From Synechocystis sp. PCC 6803 substr. PCC-P (GTDB lineage: Bacteria > Cyanobacteriota > Cyanobacteriia > Cyanobacteriales > Microcystaceae): a stretch of DNA of 32,000 nt. The stretch is taken from assembly GCF_000284455.1 (NCBI RefSeq), contig NC_017039.1, positions 1,980,001 through 2,012,000 of the forward strand. Reading direction: 5' to 3'. The translations under genes and the position numbers were made by a program. Under the pieces are notes generated by a model. That model saw only the letters and a program-made list of their open reading frames with translations. It ran no database searches and had not been told where the DNA came from. Position 1 is the stretch's first letter. Each line of letters begins with the position of its first letter. Positions 27,902 through 32,000 of this stretch are shown in pieces.

Positions 27902-29032
27902 TCAAAATAAATTTTCCAAAATGCACTCAGTCAAATTGTGGTAGCCCAAATCATTAAAATGGGCGTCGTGTTTATGGTACATGTCTCGATTCCAAGTGCA
28001 GATTTCTAGCAGGGGAACATACTCCAATCCTATTTGCTTGATATCACTTCCAATTTCCAGGGAGTACTTATTACTGAAAGTTTCTCCTTTTTCCGGGATG
28101 TGGACGACACGAACAACCGCGTTGGGAAAACTATTTTTAATCTCTCTTAAACTAGCTAAGGCATTTTTGTATAGCTCGTTTTTGTCATACTCATTAGCCT
28201 GATTAAATTTAAGATGAGGACAAAAATGAACGAGTGAACTTTGATTTTTGCCCAAACTATACACATCACAGGCTAGATTATACAGACGTAACTGTTGCAG
28301 AAAATTTAGCTTGGGTTCCTCCGAAGAACCCTTAGTTTCATATAATTTTTTGGCCCGGTCTACCAATTCTTCTTGACTATCGTTGTAGTTGGCAATGTAC
28401 ATAACTGGAGGGTAATTTTCTACGCATTCCTTAGTGTTTTCTTGCTGGCAAAACCAGAGGGCTTGGTCTTGGATTAACGGATACCACAAAGTCCGAAAAA
28501 AGTCATTACCAATGACCATGATATTAATTTCATCAAAATGCGCCCCATCTTTAACACTTGTCAGTAATTGCTGAAATTGTTTGACTCCAGCGCCGGTAAT
28601 ACCAAGGTTGTATAGACTGATCTCTGGGCGATCCAAACGTCGCCTTAGTTGACTGATCCAGGACTGATTGCCCCCATCTCCGGCGGTGAAAGAGTCACCG
28701 ACAAACACAACTTTTTTGCCGGGGGCGGAATCAAAATTGTAGTCTACGTCATCTACAAAACCGAGGTTATTGGTGCCATAGACAATGTCGTAATCAACTT
28801 CATCCCCATAGATAGCAACACTTCTAATTTTCGTTCTTGGCTCATACCTAACAGTTTTATCCCCCGTTCTCACCAGGGAAGGCTTGGTAAAAAATAAAAT
28901 TCGGTCATAGAGACTGTATTTACCTATGCCAGTTAACCTCAATGCAATTTCAGCTATTACCAAACTAAGGACAATTGAAGCAAGAATTAAAGCAGTATTT
29001 TGACCAATTTTAATAATTTTGGGGGCGGGCAT
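27902..29032 (-). CDS. Membrane-anchored SGNH/GDSL-hydrolase-like protein of unknown function
   Basis: 376 aa; N-terminal TM (NTALILASIVLSLVIAEIALRL), block I-like VVFVGDSFTAGDG, block V-like HDAHFNDLGY. Confidence 0.75.
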   Translation of the reverse strand: MPAPKIIKIGQNTALILASIVLSLVIAEIALRLTGIGKYSLYDRILFFTKPSLVRTGDKTVRYEPRTKIRSVAIYGDEVDYDIVYGTNNLGFVDDVDYNFDSAPGKKVVFVGDSFTAGDGGNQSWISQLRRRLDRPEISLYNLGITGAGVKQFQQLLTSVKDGAHFDEINIMVIGNDFFRTLWYPLIQDQALWFCQQENTKECVENYPPVMYIANYNDSQEELVDRAKKLYETKGSSEEPKLNFLQQLRLYNLACDVYSLGKNQSSLVHFCPHLKFNQANEYDKNELYKNALASLREIKNSFPNAVVRVVHIPEKGETFSNKYSLEIGSDIKQIGLEYVPLLEICTWNRDMYHKHDAHFNDLGYHNLTECILENLF

Positions 29033-29185
29033 TGTTTTATCAGAAAAATAGGTTGAATGCCCCTTTACCTAAGGCAGCGGAGGATGTGAATGGAACAATG
29101 GGGGCAATGAGATTTCCATAAAGTACTCTATTTTGCTCCTTTTCCATCGGAAGACACGGCAACAGTAGACCGGGGACAGACCGAG

Positions 29186-29215
29186 TTGACATATCAAGTT
29201 TTTTTGATGTAAGAT
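29186..29215 (+). promoter_or_regulatory. Candidate sigma70-type promoter of the ars operon
   Basis: TTGACA (29186-29191), 18-bp spacer, TAAGAT (29210-29215). Confidence 0.55.
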
Positions 29216-29238
29216 TATTCCATCAAGTTTTTTTGATG
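29193..29238 (+). promoter_or_regulatory. Two identical 17-bp ArsR-type operators in tandem
   Basis: ATCAAGTTTTTTTGATG at 29193-29209 and again at 29222-29238; each is an imperfect dyad ATCAA-N6-TTGAT. Spacing 29 bp start-to-start. Confidence 0.8.
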
Positions 29239-29245
29239 AGTTGTC

Positions 29246-30397
29246 ATGGTCAATCGCATTAACCCCAAAGCCATTAAGGCTGGGGGAACGCTCAATTTGT
29301 TTGAAAAATACCTTACCCTCTGGGTTGCCCTTTGTATCGTCATTGGCATTGCCCTGGGGAAGTTATTGCCCGCGGTGGCCCAAACCCTCGATTCCTGGAG
29401 CATTTATAACGTTTCCATTCCGATCGCCATTTGCTTGTTTTTCATGATGTACCCCATCATGGTGAAAATTGATTTTTCCCAGGCACGACAAGCGGTCAAG
29501 GCTCCTAAGCCGGTGATATTGACCCTGGTGGTGAATTGGGTAATTAAACCGTTTACGATGGTGATTTTTGCCCAGTTTTTCCTGGGTTATCTTTTCGCCC
29601 CGTTGTTGACTGCGACGGAGATAATCCGGGGGCAAGAGGTAACCTTAGCCAATTCCTACATTGCCGGTTGCATTTTGCTCGGTATTGCGCCCTGTACCGC
29701 CATGGTATTGATGTGGGGTTACCTTTCCTATAGCAATCAGGGTTTAACCTTGGTGATGGTGGCGGTCAATTCTTTGGCTATGCTATTCCTTTACGCACCT
29801 TTGGGTAAATGGCTGTTGGCGGCCAGTAACTTGACAGTGCCTTGGCAAACCATTGTCTTATCGGTGTTAATTTACGTGGGTTTGCCCCTGGCCGCCGGTA
29901 TTTATAGTCGTTACTGGATTTTGAAACATAAGGGACGGCAATGGTTTGAGAGTCAATTTTTGCATTACCTCAGCCCGATCGCCATTGTGGCTTTGTTATT
30001 GACGTTGATTTTGCTCTTTGCTTTTAAGGGGGAATTGATTGTTAATAATCCTCTGCATATTTTTCTAATTGCCGTGCCGTTATTTATCCAAACCAATTTC
30101 ATCTTTCTCATTACCTATGTTCTGGGGTTAAAACTCAAACTCAGTTACGAAGATGCCGCCCCCGCCGCCCTGATCGGTGCCAGTAATCATTTTGAAGTGG
30201 CGATCGCCACCGCTGTGATGTTATTTGGCCTCAATTCTGGAGCTGCTTTGGCCACCGTAGTGGGGGTATTAATTGAAGTGCCAGTGATGTTAATGCTGGT
30301 GGAAATTTGCAAAAAAACAGCCTTTTGGTTCCCCAGGGACCCGGAAAAAGCCACTTTGCTAGACCCCCGTTGTATAAATCAAGAAATTAGGATCTAA
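29246..30397 (+). CDS. arsB: Arsenite efflux permease, ACR3 family
   Basis: 383 aa, about ten TM segments; [73 protein letters not shown]. Confidence 0.96.
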   Translation: MVNRINPKAIKAGGTLNLFEKYLTLWVALCIVIGIALGKLLPAVAQTLDSWSIYNVSIPIAICLFFMMYPIMVKIDFSQARQAVKAPKPVILTLVVNWVIKPFTMVIFAQFFLGYLFAPLLTATEIIRGQEVTLANSYIAGCILLGIAPCTAMVLMWGYLSYSNQGLTLVMVAVNSLAMLFLYAPLGKWLLAASNLTVPWQTIVLSVLIYVGLPLAAGIYSRYWILKHKGRQWFESQFLHYLSPIAIVALLLTLILLFAFKGELIVNNPLHIFLIAVPLFIQTNFIFLITYVLGLKLKLSYEDAAPAALIGASNHFEVAIATAVMLFGLNSGAALATVVGVLIEVPVMLMLVEICKKTAFWFPRDPEKATLLDPRCINQEIRI

Positions 30398-30479
30398 AAA
30401 CGTGTTTGGAAAGTTTTATTCTGCCCCCTCAATCGACCAACTAAAGCGACCGCAATACTGGGGAACTTTCACTCAGTTT

Positions 30480-30497
30480 CCCCCCAAATTTGGGGGG
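30480..30497. repeat. Perfect 18-nt palindrome CCCCCCAAATTTGGGGGG inside the ars operon (arsB-arsH gap)
   Basis: Sequence is its own reverse complement; followed by CCAGGGGGGCTTTTAAAA. Confidence 0.8.
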
Positions 30498-30548
30498 CCA
30501 GGGGGGCTTTTAAAACAAGCTCTAACCAACTTTGCCTAATTGCCAGCA

Positions 30549-31169
30549 ATGACCGACTTTAACCATCCTCCCCGGATTTTATTTCTCTATGGTTCCCTAC
30601 GGGAGCGTTCCTACAGCCGTTTACTGGCCGAAGAAGCGGGCCGCATCATCACCACCATGGGAGCGGAAACCAAATTTTTTGATCCGAGGGAATTACCCCT
30701 GCGGGGCCAAGTTCTGGATAGCCACCCCAAAGTTCAAGAATTACTAGAACTAAGCCAATGGTCTGAAGGCCAAGTGTGGTCTTCCCCGGAAATGCACGGC
30801 AACATTACAGGAATTCTCAAAAATCAAATTGATTGGATTCCCCTGGAAATTGGTTCCATTCGTCCCACCCAGGGCCGCACCCTAGCGGTGATGCAGGTTA
30901 GTGGCGGTTCCCAATCTTTCAATGCCGTCAACACCATGCGCATTCTTGGTCGTTGGATGCGGATGTTTACCATTCCCAACCAATCATCCGTGGCTAAGGC
31001 GTATCAGGAATTCCATGAAGACGGCACCATGAAGGATTCCCCCTATCGAGACCGGGTGGTGGACGTGATGGAAGAACTATACAAATTCACCCTGCTACTG
31101 CGGGACAAGGTGGATTATTTAACCGATCGCCATAGTGAAAGAAAAGCTAAGGTCAACACCGATGGTTGA
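30549..31169 (+). CDS. arsH: ArsH-type NADPH-dependent FMN reductase (TTG alternative start at 30540)
   Basis: [86 protein letters not shown]. Confidence 0.95.
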
Positions 31170-31258
31170 TGTTTTTCCCACTGAAACTAACTCCAATCAC
31201 TCCAATTTATTCCATCAATTAATTAATCAAACTAATTAATCTAAGCGAGGCTAAAACT

Positions 31259-31654
31259 GTGAAAAAGGTAATGTTCGTTTGCAAACGTAATTCCTGTCGC
31301 TCCCAAATGGCAGAGGGCTTTGCCAAAACTTTAGGGGCCGGCAAAATTGCTGTTACCAGTTGTGGACTGGAATCTTCCCGGGTCCATCCCACCGCCATTG
31401 CCATGATGGAAGAAGTAGGCATAGACATCAGCGGCCAGACCTCCGACCCCATCGAAAACTTTAACGCCGACGATTACGACGTGGTAATTTCCCTTTGTGG
31501 CTGTGGGGTTAATCTGCCGCCGGAATGGGTAACCCAGGAAATTTTTGAAGACTGGCAACTGGAAGATCCCGATGGTCAATCATTGGAAGTTTTTCGCACC
31601 GTGCGGGGCCAGGTTAAGGAACGGGTGGAAAACCTGATCGCCAAAATTAGCTGA
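31259..31654 (+). CDS. arsC: Arsenate reductase, low-molecular-weight phosphatase fold
   Basis: 131 aa; P-loop VCKRNSCRS (CX5R, Cys8), Cys80 and Cys82 in SLCGCGVNLP. Confidence 0.95.
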   Translation: MKKVMFVCKRNSCRSQMAEGFAKTLGAGKIAVTSCGLESSRVHPTAIAMMEEVGIDISGQTSDPIENFNADDYDVVISLCGCGVNLPPEWVTQEIFEDWQLEDPDGQSLEVFRTVRGQVKERVENLIAKIS

Positions 31655-31725
31655 TCTGCCCCATCCCCATTGATACCAACGATACCAAACCCCCAATTTG
31701 GCTATATGCTTAGGGAAATGGCTTT

Positions 31726-31755
31726 TTGCCACGAAACTTCACTAATCGTTATACA
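31726..31755 (+). promoter_or_regulatory. Candidate rpaB promoter
   Basis: TTGCCA (31726-31731), 18-bp spacer, TATACA (31750-31755). Confidence 0.35.
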
Positions 31756-31781
31756 AGTTAATCAAAGGAGGGTTGTGGATC

Positions 31782-32000
31782 TTGGAAACCAATAAAGAAA
31801 GGATATTGGTGGTCGATGACGAGGCCAGCATCCGACGCATACTGGAAACCCGTTTATCCATGATTGGCTATGAAGTGGTGACCGCTGCCGACGGTGAAGA
31901 GGCGATCGCCACTTTCCATGAGAGCGACCCCGATTTGGTGGTGTTGGATGTGATGATGCCCAAGCTGGACGGCTACGGCGTTTGCCAAGAACTACGTAAA
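31782..32000 (+). CDS. rpaB: OmpR-family response regulator RpaB (Ycf27), partial, runs off the right edge; TTG start with AAGGAGG about 10 nt upstream
   Basis: (M)ETNKERILVVDDEASIRRILETRLSMIGYEVVTAADGEEAIATFHESDPDLVVLDVMMPKLDGYGVCQELRK. Confidence 0.9.
   Translation, partial: METNKERILVVDDEASIRRILETRLSMIGYEVVTAADGEEAIATFHESDPDLVVLDVMMPKLDGYGVCQELRK

Larger units (their letters stand above)
624..31910. repeat. HIP1 octamers GCGATCGC dispersed through the window (about 29 exact copies by eye)
   Basis: Examples: 624-631, 1721-1728, 3052-3059, 4204-4211, 4309-4316, 9141-9148, 26513-26520, 30200-30207. Known cyanobacterial dispersed palindrome. Confidence 0.9.

Noticed and set aside
31218-31240. 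AT-only dyad ATTAATTA...TAATTAAT between arsH and arsC
   Set aside because: Weak AT stem in an AT-rich spacer; likely compositional.
624-31910. GCGATCGC octamers as a possible novel repeat system
   Set aside because: This is the well-known HIP1 palindrome of cyanobacteria; only its uneven distribution was kept as a finding.
1-32000. Searches for CRISPR arrays, transposases, prophage and defence islands
   Set aside because: No regularly spaced repeats, transposase motifs or phage/defence protein signatures were seen apart from the PIN-domain relic.

Overview
This looks like a chromosomal segment of a Synechocystis-type cyanobacterium, almost certainly Synechocystis sp. PCC 6803 or a very close strain. 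The call rests on recognisable PsaE, PixD (BLUF), SpkB, CrtQ, PEP carboxylase, ArsBHC and RpaB proteins, plus dense GCGATCGC (HIP1) octamers. Left to right: partial REC-HisKA signalling protein (-), psaE, mutM, Nudix regulator (NrtR type), nadE, EAL-domain protein, pixE, pixD, pheT (-), spkB, LuxR/NarL response regulator (-), ppc (-), a small 70-aa ORF (-) with an intrinsic terminator, NfeD-like protein, nadC, coiled-coil protein, MurT-like Mur ligase, cobH (-), M16 peptidase (-), crtQ, SRPBCC protein, aldo/keto reductase, class I FBP aldolase, SGNH-like protein (-), arsB(acr3)-arsH-arsC, and the start of rpaB. No CRISPR array, rRNA, tRNA or intact transposase was recognised. I did not find a clearly new multi-gene defence or mobile system. 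The best leads are: (1) an EAL / PixE / BLUF neighbourhood resembling a split BLUF-EAL photoreceptor, where PixE's receiver domain has lost its phosphoacceptor and other catalytic residues; (2) an unannotated remnant of a VapC/PIN toxin C-terminus in the slr0941-slr0942 type intergenic region; (3) cis elements (tandem ArsR-type operators, imperfect HLR1 upstream of psaE, palindromes between nrtR/nadE and inside the ars operon); (4) HIP1-depleted stretches coinciding with signalling/hypothetical genes. Locus numbers (slr/sll) are from memory and were not looked up.
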